From an uncultured archaeon (GTDB lineage: Archaea > Asgardarchaeota > Thorarchaeia > Thorarchaeales > Thorarchaeaceae): 64,000 nt of DNA. The stretch covers positions 1-64,000 of the forward strand of contig CAZPWM010000001.1 in the NCBI GenBank assembly GCA_964590575.1. Reading direction: 5' to 3'. Each line of letters starts with the position of its first letter. Positions within the stretch are counted from its first letter, which is position 1. Shown one piece after another: positions 1 to 9,628 of this stretch. The notes under the pieces were generated by a model that saw only the letters and a program-made list of their open reading frames with translations, was not told the DNA's origin and searched no databases. The translations under genes were made by a program, and so were the position numbers.

Positions 1-1
1 T

Positions 2-2884
2 CTATTCAATCTTGATGTGGGATGGGATGGATCTTCACCATACTACCTGAATCTGGCAACGATTACTATGACTGGAATAGTTTCCAAGATCAATACACTT
101 TTTGTCCCATTAGATGAATTGGTCACTGGACAATATCAGAGTTCAGTTTCTGTCACACTTAACTACACAAGCCTGCATGATGGTAGCCAAATTTCAGGGG
201 CTGATATGAAATGGATATGGCCTGAAGCATTGATCTTCGCAGGTCCTGCTGGAGACATTGGTGGCGGTCTTTATCAAGCTGACATCGATACATCGCTTGC
301 TGATGCTGGTACATATGTGATTACATTTGTCATTGAAAACTTGACTGCTTACAAAGAAGCTGTTGCTTATGTGACGCTTGTCGTTACGAACCTCGATAGT
401 CAATTGATTCCGATAAATCCAACATTGCCAGTTATCCCAGTGGATAGAGGTTCAGCTTTAACAATAACTGTCTATTTCATCGATGGAGGTAGTAATCCAA
501 TCACTCACACCCCAGATACTCTAGTTACCGCGATCATTGAGGGAATTGTGTTCCCAATGACCTATAATGGAACTCCTGGATACTATAAAGTCACGCTACC
601 AGAAAATGATGAAACAGCGACTAAGAAAGCGACTGGTACAAATTATGATGTGATATTGTCAGCGTCAACAAAGAACTATGATCCTGCTCTGTACTCTTTC
701 ACTTTCTATGTGCTTCAAACAGCAACATTTGTTCAACTTGCTGGAGATACAACAGAAGAAATGGCCTTTGTATACTCGGAATTTGGGTTGCTTACTATCA
801 ATGTAGTACACACAAATAATACTCCATTCTGGAATGGAACGGTACAATGGTCTATCTCTGATTTGCTATTGGGTGCAAACTTCAGTATGAACTATGGAAA
901 CGGTACTTTCAGTACCTATATCGATACAGCAACTATTGGATATGGTATTGTCCCAGTTTCTCTCAGGTTTATTCCTTGGAATAATATGTCTCTCTTTGCA
1001 ACTTCAATCAAACTAATTACAATAGCCATAACCCGAATTCAGACTTCAGTGACTCCTCCATCCGGTCGTGAATTCTATTGGGGTTGGAGTGGATATCTTG
1101 AGTTCATTTATTGGTCAGAGTCCTTTGGGACCGGAGTTGCTGGAGCAGATGTAACTCTAACGCTACCAGGACTTGAGTCATCGTTAGCAATCGATCTAAA
1201 CAATGGTACATACCTTGTCTTCCTAAACACTTCATTACTACGTGGAAGCACGAGCTTCCTACCATTAACTGTGAGTTTCACTAAAGCCAATCATCTTGCA
1301 GCAAATGCCATCATTCAAATTCGAGTTCTAGAAGTTCCGACTGAAATATCGGTTGAATCCATTGAATACACTCCCTCTTACGCAGGTGTCTTGGATGACT
1401 TGATTAACCTGCAGATACCTATAGGTGATTCAATGGCGATTGACTTCTGGTATAATGATACTGATAATTCTGAAGGTTTCACTGGTGGTTTAGTTGGAGC
1501 ATTTGCCACATCTGACAGCCGTCTCTTTGGTCCTACGATAGTGACGCCTCTCAATGTGACAATCATGCAACTTGGTGGTGGACTCTATCGAGTCATCTTT
1601 GATACAATGGATTCGAATATTGCTGCTTTAGTCCATCCTGAAGAGTACCTACTTTCAATCTTTATGACATTGGGTAATCGTACGACCGCGAATATTCTCT
1701 TCAGAATCATGGTCATCAATACTCCAACAGAAGTTAACATTTCAGGTACAATACCTACAATAATGACCAATGGTGAATCTGTCACCTTGGAGCTTTTCTA
1801 TCATGATACCTGGCACAATCTTGGAATATCTGGTGCTACCTTTTCCACTAATGTTAGTGCAGGATCACCTTTCTCTGCAAGAATTGAAGCTGGATCAGCA
1901 ACTGGACAATACTTCCTGACTATAAGCACAGGAGGCATTATATTTAGTCCAGGATCAGGAACATTAACCTTCAATCTAAATGCTGAGTCATATTCCCTTA
2001 GTTCTGTGTCCTTCTTTATTGAAGTTGTCCAGAGCAACATTGATGTATTAATCACAAACGGTGTTGTATATGGTTTGCCTCTTGGGTTGGTTATCGCTAT
2101 TCTTGGCCTTGCATACCTGAGAGTTTGGAGTGTTCCGAAGCGTCTACGACAGATCAACAGTCAAATCAAAGTGATAAGAAAAGGCAAGATACCCAAACCA
2201 GTGGGTGATGCCAAGAGTAGACAGGAATTAGTTACTGATCTATTCAATGCTACCTATGAATCAACTGGGATTACTAGAAAGATGGGTCAGATTCCAGAGG
2301 AGTCGATACCTGTTGAAGTGCCAGAACTTGGTGAACTCCTCATCCAACTTGCAATCCTAACAAATCTCAATCAGCAGGAACTAGACGAGTTCAAGGCTGA
2401 CATCGCGAAGATGAAGATGAGTGAACAGGCTGCGTTCGTGAAAGAGGTCATCATGCAGGAAGCTATCCGTGCGGCCCGTCGCGACGGCAAAAGCGTTGAC
2501 GAAACCCTCGATGAATTACAAAAAGAGGCTGCAAAGAGAGTTGCTGGTGAAGAGGGCAAAGGCGTACCTACAGGTGTTATGGTCGAAGAGCCTGAGGAGA
2601 TTGCAGAAGAACCCGTCTTCTTGCCATCTCGAGATGTGGAACCAGAGCGTGATCAGGTCATCACTCCTGAAACACCAACAAAACCTGCTGAAGATGAGCT
2701 TATCAGTTTCTCAAGTGACAAGATGAGTCCATTCGAGATTGAAGAGCTCAGAAAGGAGTTGGAGCAGAAGGGAGTACCCCCATCAGAGATTGACATCCTA
2801 CTCAAACAAGCAAGTGAGCTCCCACGAGACCTCATAGATGAGCTCATCCGAAGCCTTGATGCAGAGAGACTCAGAGGAGCATAG
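2..2884 (+). CDS. Large cell-surface protein with C-terminal TM helix and cytoplasmic acidic tail (5'-partial)
   Basis: Frame is open to the window edge. Repeated beta-rich Ig-like modules (e.g. 'GNGTF', 'NNGTY', 'GGLY') with many N-x-S/T sequons, one TM (GVVYGLPLGLVIAILGLAYL) followed by basic residues, then a Glu/Pro-rich tail. Confidence 0.8.
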   Translation, partial: LFNLDVGWDGSSPYYLNLATITMTGIVSKINTLFVPLDELVTGQYQSSVSVTLNYTSLHDGSQISGADMKWIWPEALIFAGPAGDIGGGLYQADIDTSLADAGTYVITFVIENLTAYKEAVAYVTLVVTNLDSQLIPINPTLPVIPVDRGSALTITVYFIDGGSNPITHTPDTLVTAIIEGIVFPMTYNGTPGYYKVTLPENDETATKKATGTNYDVILSASTKNYDPALYSFTFYVLQTATFVQLAGDTTEEMAFVYSEFGLLTINVVHTNNTPFWNGTVQWSISDLLLGANFSMNYGNGTFSTYIDTATIGYGIVPVSLRFIPWNNMSLFATSIKLITIAITRIQTSVTPPSGREFYWGWSGYLEFIYWSESFGTGVAGADVTLTLPGLESSLAIDLNNGTYLVFLNTSLLRGSTSFLPLTVSFTKANHLAANAIIQIRVLEVPTEISVESIEYTPSYAGVLDDLINLQIPIGDSMAIDFWYNDTDNSEGFTGGLVGAFATSDSRLFGPTIVTPLNVTIMQLGGGLYRVIFDTMDSNIAALVHPEEYLLSIFMTLGNRTTANILFRIMVINTPTEVNISGTIPTIMTNGESVTLELFYHDTWHNLGISGATFSTNVSAGSPFSARIEAGSATGQYFLTISTGGIIFSPGSGTLTFNLNAESYSLSSVSFFIEVVQSNIDVLITNGVVYGLPLGLVIAILGLAYLRVWSVPKRLRQINSQIKVIRKGKIPKPVGDAKSRQELVTDLFNATYESTGITRKMGQIPEESIPVEVPELGELLIQLAILTNLNQQELDEFKADIAKMKMSEQAAFVKEVIMQEAIRAARRDGKSVDETLDELQKEAAKRVAGEEGKGVPTGVMVEEPEEIAEEPVFLPSRDVEPERDQVITPETPTKPAEDELISFSSDKMSPFEIEELRKELEQKGVPPSEIDILLKQASELPRDLIDELIRSLDAERLRGA

Positions 2885-2889
2885 TCGAA

Positions 2890-3666
2890 TTACTCCTCAT
2901 GAGCGCTCTCATCATTCCTAAGGAAGTATGAGAGAGGAAGTGTAGTTCCAGAAGACACGAACTTTGTCTTGTTCGTCCGTCTTACTGGAAATTGAGGGTG
3001 CTTGGCCAAAGTATAGGTGCGTTGTGACTTTGATTCAGACACTTTGATGTGAATCTGTGCGGAAGCAGTGAGAGTCCTTCCGCCCTCTGGAAAGCTTGGA
3101 CTCCTCATGGAGACCGGCGCAGACACTAGTGTGAAGATATCTCTGCGAAGCGTGAGTGTTGACAACTTTGACGCCATATGAGAGATTTCCTGCATTCCTT
3201 CTCCCTTTAGACCCTCATCAAGATACAATTGGAGAAGACCGGTGACCATGAGGACTTTAGCAGGGATCATGTCAAGGAACCCTTCAAGCTGGTTCATGAT
3301 AAGGTCGTATGTCTGCGATGCATTGAATGCACGTGAGATATAGATGCTCTCCATCACAGTTTCTGGTTCTAAACCATACTCATACGCAAGTTGGGTAAAC
3401 CTCTCGAGCTTGATGATGTTTGCGCTGTCGATGATAATAGTTGGACTCTCAAGACCGCCCTGCTCTCTTGGGGTTTGAATCTTCACTGCGATACGATGGA
3501 AGTCATCATGCAGAGATCGCTCTCCATAGAAGAGATGAACCAACCCCGCTTCAAGCCCACCTCCCAGTAGACTATCAAGGGCTATGATACCTGACTCGAC
3601 CCTTATACTCCTACACTCGTCAGCTGTGTGGAAACCTGATCGTAGCGGGATCTCCGGAGTTTTCAT
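2890..3666 (-). CDS. RadA/Rad51 paralogue with degenerate Walker A
   Basis: 'SGIIALDSLLGGGLEAGLVHLFYGE', 'EQGGLES-IIIDSAN', 'IYISRAFN' and 'LAKHP' match the RadA core. Start placed at ATG 3666 (MKTPE) rather than 3741. Confidence 0.75.
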   Translation of the reverse strand: MKTPEIPLRSGFHTADECRSIRVESGIIALDSLLGGGLEAGLVHLFYGERSLHDDFHRIAVKIQTPREQGGLESPTIIIDSANIIKLERFTQLAYEYGLEPETVMESIYISRAFNASQTYDLIMNQLEGFLDMIPAKVLMVTGLLQLYLDEGLKGEGMQEISHMASKLSTLTLRRDIFTLVSAPVSMRSPSFPEGGRTLTASAQIHIKVSESKSQRTYTLAKHPQFPVRRTNKTKFVSSGTTLPLSYFLRNDESAHEE

Positions 3667-3791
3667 CTCAGGAATTTGTGAAGCACCAATCCGATATAAC
3701 CACCCCCAGAACACGGAAACATAGGTTTCCGATTCTGGCAATTGTTTTAAGGGAGGACCAATGCTGTATTATATCCACGCCGGGAGGATGC

Positions 3792-4007
3792 TTGGTGGCT
3801 GTGAGGAAAATTCGAGTCTGCCCAAAATGTGGCTCTGACAAAATAAGAGCTGCTAAGAGTTCTGTGAGTGGTTGGCTTGTTCCAACCACCTACTATTGCG
3901 AGGAGGAGGGTTGCGATTATTCGGGAGTCCTCTATGTTGAAGTCGACGTGGAGGAAGCTGAACAACTGAAGCTGGCTATGAATGGCGATTCTACTGAAAG
4001 TGCATAA
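3792..4007 (+). CDS. Small zinc-ribbon protein
   Basis: CPKCGS...YYCEEEGCDYSG; GGAGG at 3783-3787 precedes TTG/GTG at 3792/3795. Confidence 0.7.
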   Translation: MVAVRKIRVCPKCGSDKIRAAKSSVSGWLVPTTYYCEEEGCDYSGVLYVEVDVEEAEQLKLAMNGDSTESA

Positions 4008-4091
4008 AACCTCATTCTTTTTGTGTTAAATCTTCAAAGAGCAAATGTCTTAAGTAGATGTCAAACAGACAAGAAATAAGGTGACTACACC

Positions 4092-4517
4092 ATGGTAAAC
4101 TACGAGGGTTTCGATTTCCCTGATGATCTATATTATACTGAAGACCAGATTTGGGTCAAGAATGAAGGTGGCAAGGTTCGAATTGGCTTCACCACCTTCG
4201 GCATGGACCTTGCTGGTAAAATCAAGTTTGTCCGACTGAGACCAGCTGGCAAAGCTATCGCCGCAGGGCGCAGTATTGGCACGCTCGAGAGCGGAAAATG
4301 GACCGGACCTGTCAAGGCTCCCGTCGGTGGGACCATTACAGAGGTCAATGATGCACTCAAGGACAATCCTGGGCTTCTGAACGAAGACCCATATGGAAAA
4401 GGCTGGATTGCAGTTCTTGAACCTGACAACTTAGACGCTGATCTTGCAAACATTCAAGGCGCAGCGGGATTAGACGCCTGGGTCAAGAAGGAATTTGTAG
4501 AGAAGAGAGCCGCATAA
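4092..4517 (+). CDS. gcvH: Glycine cleavage H-protein family lipoyl carrier
   Basis: 'YYTEDQIWVK', 'VRIGFT', lipoyl-Lys motif 'LESGKW', 'APVGGTITEVN', 'LNEDPYGKGWI'; AGGTGA upstream. Confidence 0.88.
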   Translation: MVNYEGFDFPDDLYYTEDQIWVKNEGGKVRIGFTTFGMDLAGKIKFVRLRPAGKAIAAGRSIGTLESGKWTGPVKAPVGGTITEVNDALKDNPGLLNEDPYGKGWIAVLEPDNLDADLANIQGAAGLDAWVKKEFVEKRAA

Positions 4518-4523
4518 TCAATG

Positions 4524-4554
4524 GATGGAAGGCGCCGGGTATCCGGCTACCATC
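4524..4554. terminator. Small hairpin between convergent genes
   Basis: GCCGG-gtat-CCGGC with flanking GATGG/CCATC, located between the gcvH stop and the cdc6-like stop. Confidence 0.35.
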
Positions 4555-4564
4555 TATTCTTCTT

Positions 4565-5701
4565 TTACTTCCTACGAGCAAGCTCACGCCTTAAACCAAC
4601 AGCTGCATCATAGATGATTTCAGGTGGAGCCAGCACATAGAGCAGATTGCGAGAATACCCCGACTCGAAGATAATGCTCTGGAAGATGAGGGTCTGTAGA
4701 CTCTTCTCGATGTCATCAGGTGCATAGCGGACACCGAGCTCTTCCGATTTGACCTCCACAATCTCGTTCAGTGTCTGGCGATCAATATAGGTCTCTGTCT
4801 TGTAACGCATCAGATGTTCACACATGGCTTCCAAAACCAGGAGCGTCATGTAGTCATTCATACTGATGGTTTCGATGAGGTCCATGTAGTCGTTGTCGTG
4901 AGCAAAGGATGTGATATTCATGGTTGCACTCCTCACTGCGTCTGAATCAATTTCCTGACCATTTATTGCAAGTGGCCATAGTGCCTTCAGTGCCTCAACT
5001 GTGGTCTTTGGTTTTGAAGCATCAAACTCCACCACGAGGTCAGTGATATACCGCACAATCTCCTCTGTGACTTGTTGGGGAAAAGTGTCCTCAACTCGCA
5101 TCCTGACGATGTCATAAAGTTGGGACTGAGTGTAGGTGTCAAGAGGGATCTCAAAGTCGTAGGACATGTGAGTAGCTGGAAGCTTAGTGAGTAACCTGTA
5201 GTCGTGGCTATTGAGAACGCCAATGGTGCTTGCTTGAATCTCTTTAGAAAGTCTTGCTACCTTGGTATACACATCCTCATTGGTTTCATCAATATTGTCA
5301 ATGACAAAAATGGTTCTCTTGTCTGTTGCAGAGGCTGTCCTCTTGAACTGCATCCAGAGAACATCGAGGTCAAACGCTACAGTGATTGGTCTGTTTGTTT
5401 CTCTGTGAATCTTGTCGTTGAGTTCTGAAACAATCTCGAGAGTGTCTTTATGCTTAGCATCAACATAGACAGTATGCGAGTTGAACTGTTCAGGTACAAT
5501 CTTGGTGAGGAAATAACGTGAGAAGACTGTCATTCCCACTCCTGAAATTCCATGTACGAGTGTGTTAACCCCATATTCATCCTCGACGGAGTCTTTATAC
5601 ATCCCATTAACCATGTCAAGCTCCCTGTCCCTATGGAGAAGCTTCTCAGGAACGTAGTAGGGGTCGAAAAGACCTTTGGGGCTACGATGTGGACGAACCA
5701 T
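4565..5701 (-). CDS. Cdc6/Orc1-like AAA+ protein with degenerate Walker motifs
   Basis: 'FDPYYVPEKLLHRDREL', Walker A region 'HGISGVGMT', Walker B region 'FVIDNID', 'YTQSQLYDIVRMRV', C-terminal winged-helix-like region. Start placed at ATG 5701. Confidence 0.8.
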   Translation of the reverse strand: MVRPHRSPKGLFDPYYVPEKLLHRDRELDMVNGMYKDSVEDEYGVNTLVHGISGVGMTVFSRYFLTKIVPEQFNSHTVYVDAKHKDTLEIVSELNDKIHRETNRPITVAFDLDVLWMQFKRTASATDKRTIFVIDNIDETNEDVYTKVARLSKEIQASTIGVLNSHDYRLLTKLPATHMSYDFEIPLDTYTQSQLYDIVRMRVEDTFPQQVTEEIVRYITDLVVEFDASKPKTTVEALKALWPLAINGQEIDSDAVRSATMNITSFAHDNDYMDLIETISMNDYMTLLVLEAMCEHLMRYKTETYIDRQTLNEIVEVKSEELGVRYAPDDIEKSLQTLIFQSIIFESGYSRNLLYVLAPPEIIYDAAVGLRRELARRK

Positions 5702-5919
5702 TCTCATCAGAAATTTGTCTCTAAGTGTGTATATAAACACCTGTCTGAGATGACCGAAAGTATTCCCAATTATGACCACTCGATACAGAAGTGGACAATC
5801 TCAAACTGAGTCCATGCTGTTGTTCGACTTCAGGGGCACAAACACAGAAGTCTGACTCTCAACTTACCCTTCCTGACATCCATCGGCTCCTATCTACTTC
5901 TTTCTCGAGTAAAAATAGA

Positions 5920-6636
5920 TTATTCTAGGTATACATCAACAGTCAGATTGTTCAGTTTTTTTGAATTCTTTTTTATTATTCTGATTATCTTCAACATATC
6001 TCCCCAGGACCACATAAATTTGCTACTACCTCTCCTAGGAATACATGGTATTGGGATCTCTGCAACATGAAAACCCAACGCTGCCATCTTAATCTCCATT
6101 TCAGTTTCCATAACAAATCCCTTTGACTTGAGATTCAATTTATTCCAGGTTTCCTTTCTCATGACCCTCATTCCGCTCATAGGTTCTGATGTTTTGAACT
6201 TTCTGAAAATGAATTTATTGAGGATAGGCACAATTCTGTAATAATACATTGTTTGAAAGGTACGATTAGCACCCTCTTTCAATATCAACCTAGAGGCGAT
6301 GACCATGTCGTGGTCTTTTAGGAGTTCTACCATTCTAGGAATGCATTTTGCAGGATAAGTACAGTCCCCGTCAAGGAAACATATCATGTTTCCTTTTGCT
6401 TTTTCTACTCCTAACTTCATAGCATTTCCTTTGCCACTATTTTCTTGCTCAATGAGTTTCAAATTACCGTATTTTTTCATGAGTCTTCTGACTTGTTCTC
6501 TTGTTCCATCAGTTGATTTATCGACAACAAGTATCTCAAAATTATCTAGATCTATCTTCTCGATATCTTCAATAACATATGGTATAGGCTCTTCCTCATC
6601 TTTTGTGGAAACTATTATGCTCAACATGTTCTTCAT
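5920..6636 (-). CDS. Glycosyltransferase family 2 (dolichol-phosphate mannose synthase-like)
   Basis: 'EILVVDKSTDGT', 'GKGNAMKLG', DxD motif 'FLDGDCTYP', 'SGMR', 'ETEM'. Confidence 0.88.
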   Translation of the reverse strand: MKNMLSIIVSTKDEEEPIPYVIEDIEKIDLDNFEILVVDKSTDGTREQVRRLMKKYGNLKLIEQENSGKGNAMKLGVEKAKGNMICFLDGDCTYPAKCIPRMVELLKDHDMVIASRLILKEGANRTFQTMYYYRIVPILNKFIFRKFKTSEPMSGMRVMRKETWNKLNLKSKGFVMETEMEIKMAALGFHVAEIPIPCIPRRGSSKFMWSWGDMLKIIRIIKKNSKKLNNLTVDVYLE

Positions 6637-6988
6637 GGTATGTAGACTCCAAGAATCACAAAGACCAAATGCTTGCCATCATTCTCTTGTGATTGCGAAG
6701 ATAAAATTGGCTATTTGTTTTATTTTCCGACTCCACTCCTCTCTAATGCTAGGTCCGGCATAGGACGCTGTATCAATACGCAACATCATGTCTATTGTAA
6801 TAATTGTTTCGACAAATATTCTACTTAGAACATTGACCTCGCACTCTCATAATCTTGTAGCATTAGTTCTTGGAATATTTTGTATCACCTTCAATAACGA
6901 GTTGTTTGTCACCCGCGAATCTAATTTTTTTTCTCTCGCATGGTCATTCGAATTGAACGCGGTGGCGACTTTCCTAGCTGAACAACTG

Positions 6989-8326
6989 TCAAACCATTGA
7001 ACCCAGCACGTCATTGCACTCCGGGGAAAGTAGGAACGGATTGAATCTATCACCGATGACCTGTCTGATGTCTTCAAGTCTCTTCTGTTTCAGTTCATCA
7101 GAGAAGGGCCACTTGTGCTCAGGCTTTGGTGTGACTCCTAACTCCTCGCACTTTTCTACTATTTCAAGCACTGTGTTGAGTAGTTCCTCACCAGTCTTAC
7201 CTTTAGGTCTAATCTCTCTTGAGTGCAGAATGAGTCCATAGGTTGGTGTATTGTCACCTAGATACCATTTACTTGGGCCATGTCCATACTTACCAAATGG
7301 AGTCATGCCCTTGTCATTGAGTAGGGCTTCTATTTCGTCAAGACTGTCCTGAAGTTTAAGTAAGTTATCTCCGTGGAATCCATACCCCTCAAAGAGAGCA
7401 AATTGTACTCCCTCGTTGGGATTACGTTTAGGTAGTTTGATTCTGATATCTTTCATTCGTGCTAGTTCTTTAGCATCAAGTGGTTTGTAGTCAATGATAT
7501 CCCTGATGTCTGTTTCATTCTCCTCTGGGAATTCGAGGATGAGCAGAGGTGGGTTGAAACCCTCGCGTATGTCTTTGTGAGCTGTTGTGATAGCCTCTCC
7601 ATATCTGATAGGGCTTTTCCTTGCTATCATATCAGTGAGGGCTTTTCCAAGAGCATTGCACTCTGAGAACTCAGCAAGTCCTCCTACCAGGGTTTCTTTG
7701 AAAGTAGGTCTGATTAGGAGTCGCATTTCTGCAATGAACCCAAGTGTACCGTGTGAACTCGCTATGTCATGGAGGTTGAAGCCAATATCATTGAGCCGTG
7801 CTTCAAGATCTGAATCATTACTCTTGACACCTTGTGAATCAACAGTCAAGAGTCTTCCGTCGTACAGTACCATCTTGACACGAATGGTGTTGTCCCTCAT
7901 AGTACCATTGACCCATGTATCATTTCCACCTCCATCAGTACTCAGGACACCTCCCACTGTTGCAATATCCCTGCTACTTGGAGCGACGAAGAAATGCATC
8001 CCCATTGGAGCGAGGAATTCGTTGATCTGGTCCGGAGTGGCACCTGCCTGGACATCAACGTATCCCTGGTCCTTAGAAATAGTTAGGACCTCCTTCATCT
8101 GAAGGCTGCTTATCATGACTCGCTCATCATTGCCCCCAGTGCATGCACCACTAAGACCTGAGCCTCCTCCCTTTGGTGTCACACTAAAGCCATTAGTGTG
8201 GGCATGTTCGATAGCCGCAACAACTTCCTGTTCACTTCGTGGATAGTAGACTCCCTTGATTTTTCGGAAGTTGAGCTTGTAGTACATACTTGCGTTTGCC
8301 CCGATGACAACATCTCTGATCTTCAT
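6989..8326 (-). CDS. FAD-binding oxidoreductase (GlcD/D-lactate dehydrogenase-like)
   Basis: 'PKGGGSGLSGAC', 'VQAGAT', 'PSSRDIATVGG', 'SHGTLGFI', C-terminal 'EH' and 'FNP'. Confidence 0.8.
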   Translation of the reverse strand: MKIRDVVIGANASMYYKLNFRKIKGVYYPRSEQEVVAAIEHAHTNGFSVTPKGGGSGLSGACTGGNDERVMISSLQMKEVLTISKDQGYVDVQAGATPDQINEFLAPMGMHFFVAPSSRDIATVGGVLSTDGGGNDTWVNGTMRDNTIRVKMVLYDGRLLTVDSQGVKSNDSDLEARLNDIGFNLHDIASSHGTLGFIAEMRLLIRPTFKETLVGGLAEFSECNALGKALTDMIARKSPIRYGEAITTAHKDIREGFNPPLLILEFPEENETDIRDIIDYKPLDAKELARMKDIRIKLPKRNPNEGVQFALFEGYGFHGDNLLKLQDSLDEIEALLNDKGMTPFGKYGHGPSKWYLGDNTPTYGLILHSREIRPKGKTGEELLNTVLEIVEKCEELGVTPKPEHKWPFSDELKQKRLEDIRQVIGDRFNPFLLSPECNDVLGSMV

Positions 8327-9433
8327 TTACTCGGCACCTCCATGAAGAGCGTCAGATACCAGTTCAACTATGTCCTTCGTTTTCAGGTTCTGTCCGAGTA
8401 GTTGTTCTCTGCAAGAGGGACAAGCTGTGATTACAGTGGTGTTCTTCACACCCTCCTTTGCTGCTCGTAGTTGGATGACCTTGTCGCTAAGGTTCGGATC
8501 GGTCATCCTCAAGAGTCCTCCACCTCCACAACAGCTAAGATCCATCTCGCGAAACTTGATTCCCATCTTGTTGATGACTGATCTTGGCTCTGTCTTTATC
8601 TCAAGAATCCGGTGGAGTTCACAGGGGTCGTGATAAGAGAACTTCTCGGTCTGATTATATTTGGGAATGGTCTTTAGTTTTCTATCAATGAACTGAGTGT
8701 GATGAAGCGCTTCAGCATTCTCGAGGTTGTGATACTTTCGAAGTTGGATAAGACAACCTGGACAACAGGTAATAACGGTCTTTGCTTCAGAAGCATCGAC
8801 GACTTTCTTGTTGTGTTCTCTTAGTTTCTCTGCACCCTCATCATCTCCCATTAGATAGAGGGGATGTCCACAACAGAACTCCTCTGACCCCATGACGAGA
8901 TAGTCCACTTCGAGTTTCTCAAGTGTTTGGAAGAGTGACTTCAACACGTCAATCTGACTCCCTCTAAATGACATCAGACAACCGAGAAACACCATGACCT
9001 CTGCAGTCTTGCCTTTCTCATAGACTCTGTCCTCAAGACCAGGAATATCATCTTCGAGCTCATCAAGCCAGTAGACAGCTCGGTCCTCAGCAGCAAGACC
9101 ATAAATGTTCTTCACGTTTGAGAGCGCATCCTGAAGAGGCTCAAGGTAATCAAATTCGTCGGGATGGGTTTCTATAGCTTTAGATCTCTGTTCGTGCCAG
9201 ATTTTGAGGAGGTCAACTCCTGATGAACAAGCTTCTTCACAGCGCCCGCAGAGTGAACACTGGAACAAGAGCCGTCTGAATTCCTTGCCCAGTTCTTTGT
9301 CATCCTCAATCTGGTCCATCACTTGAAGCAGGTACATTTTCCCTCTTGGGGAAAACTGCTCCTCACCAGTTGCATCAAATATCGGACACAATTGCAGACA
9401 TGAACCACAACGGACACATTTGTCACAGGACAT
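8327..9433 (-). CDS. Fe-S oxidoreductase (GlcF/HdrD-like) with 2x[4Fe-4S] and CCG domains
   Basis: CVRCGSCLQLCP, CSLCGRCEEAC, 'FCCGHP', 'YHDPC', 'SCCGGGG', 'TACPSC'; abuts the FAD gene. Confidence 0.88.
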   Translation of the reverse strand: MSCDKCVRCGSCLQLCPIFDATGEEQFSPRGKMYLLQVMDQIEDDKELGKEFRRLLFQCSLCGRCEEACSSGVDLLKIWHEQRSKAIETHPDEFDYLEPLQDALSNVKNIYGLAAEDRAVYWLDELEDDIPGLEDRVYEKGKTAEVMVFLGCLMSFRGSQIDVLKSLFQTLEKLEVDYLVMGSEEFCCGHPLYLMGDDEGAEKLREHNKKVVDASEAKTVITCCPGCLIQLRKYHNLENAEALHHTQFIDRKLKTIPKYNQTEKFSYHDPCELHRILEIKTEPRSVINKMGIKFREMDLSCCGGGGLLRMTDPNLSDKVIQLRAAKEGVKNTTVITACPSCREQLLGQNLKTKDIVELVSDALHGGAE

Positions 9434-9590
9434 TTCTGATTCTCCAGAGGATTTAGCGAGTCTATTACACTATGTAAGAATGCTCACCGAGTTCGATGGG
9501 CGAATTTTCCATTTCTTAATAATGTAGCGCAATGGATTCAAGTTATTGAGATAAAATACACGAAATGATTGCGGCAAAAGATAGAAGGTG

Positions 9591-9614
9591 TCCTCCCTGA
9601 AACATCAGGGGGGA
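9591..9614 (-). terminator. Hairpin downstream of malic enzyme
   Basis: TCCTCCCTGA-aaca-TCAGGGGGGA, 10-bp stem with one mismatch, 15 nt after the stop. Confidence 0.4.
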
Positions 9615-9628
9615 ACCTGTTAGTAGAA

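Noticed and set aside
5770-5883. Minus-strand mini-ORF MDVRKGKLRVRLLCLCP-TGA as a selenoprotein
   Set aside because: No selenoprotein-like motif after read-through and no SECIS identified; likely chance.
5702-5919. Replication origin upstream of the cdc6-like gene
   Set aside because: No recognisable ORB repeats or long unwinding element, and the gap is short.
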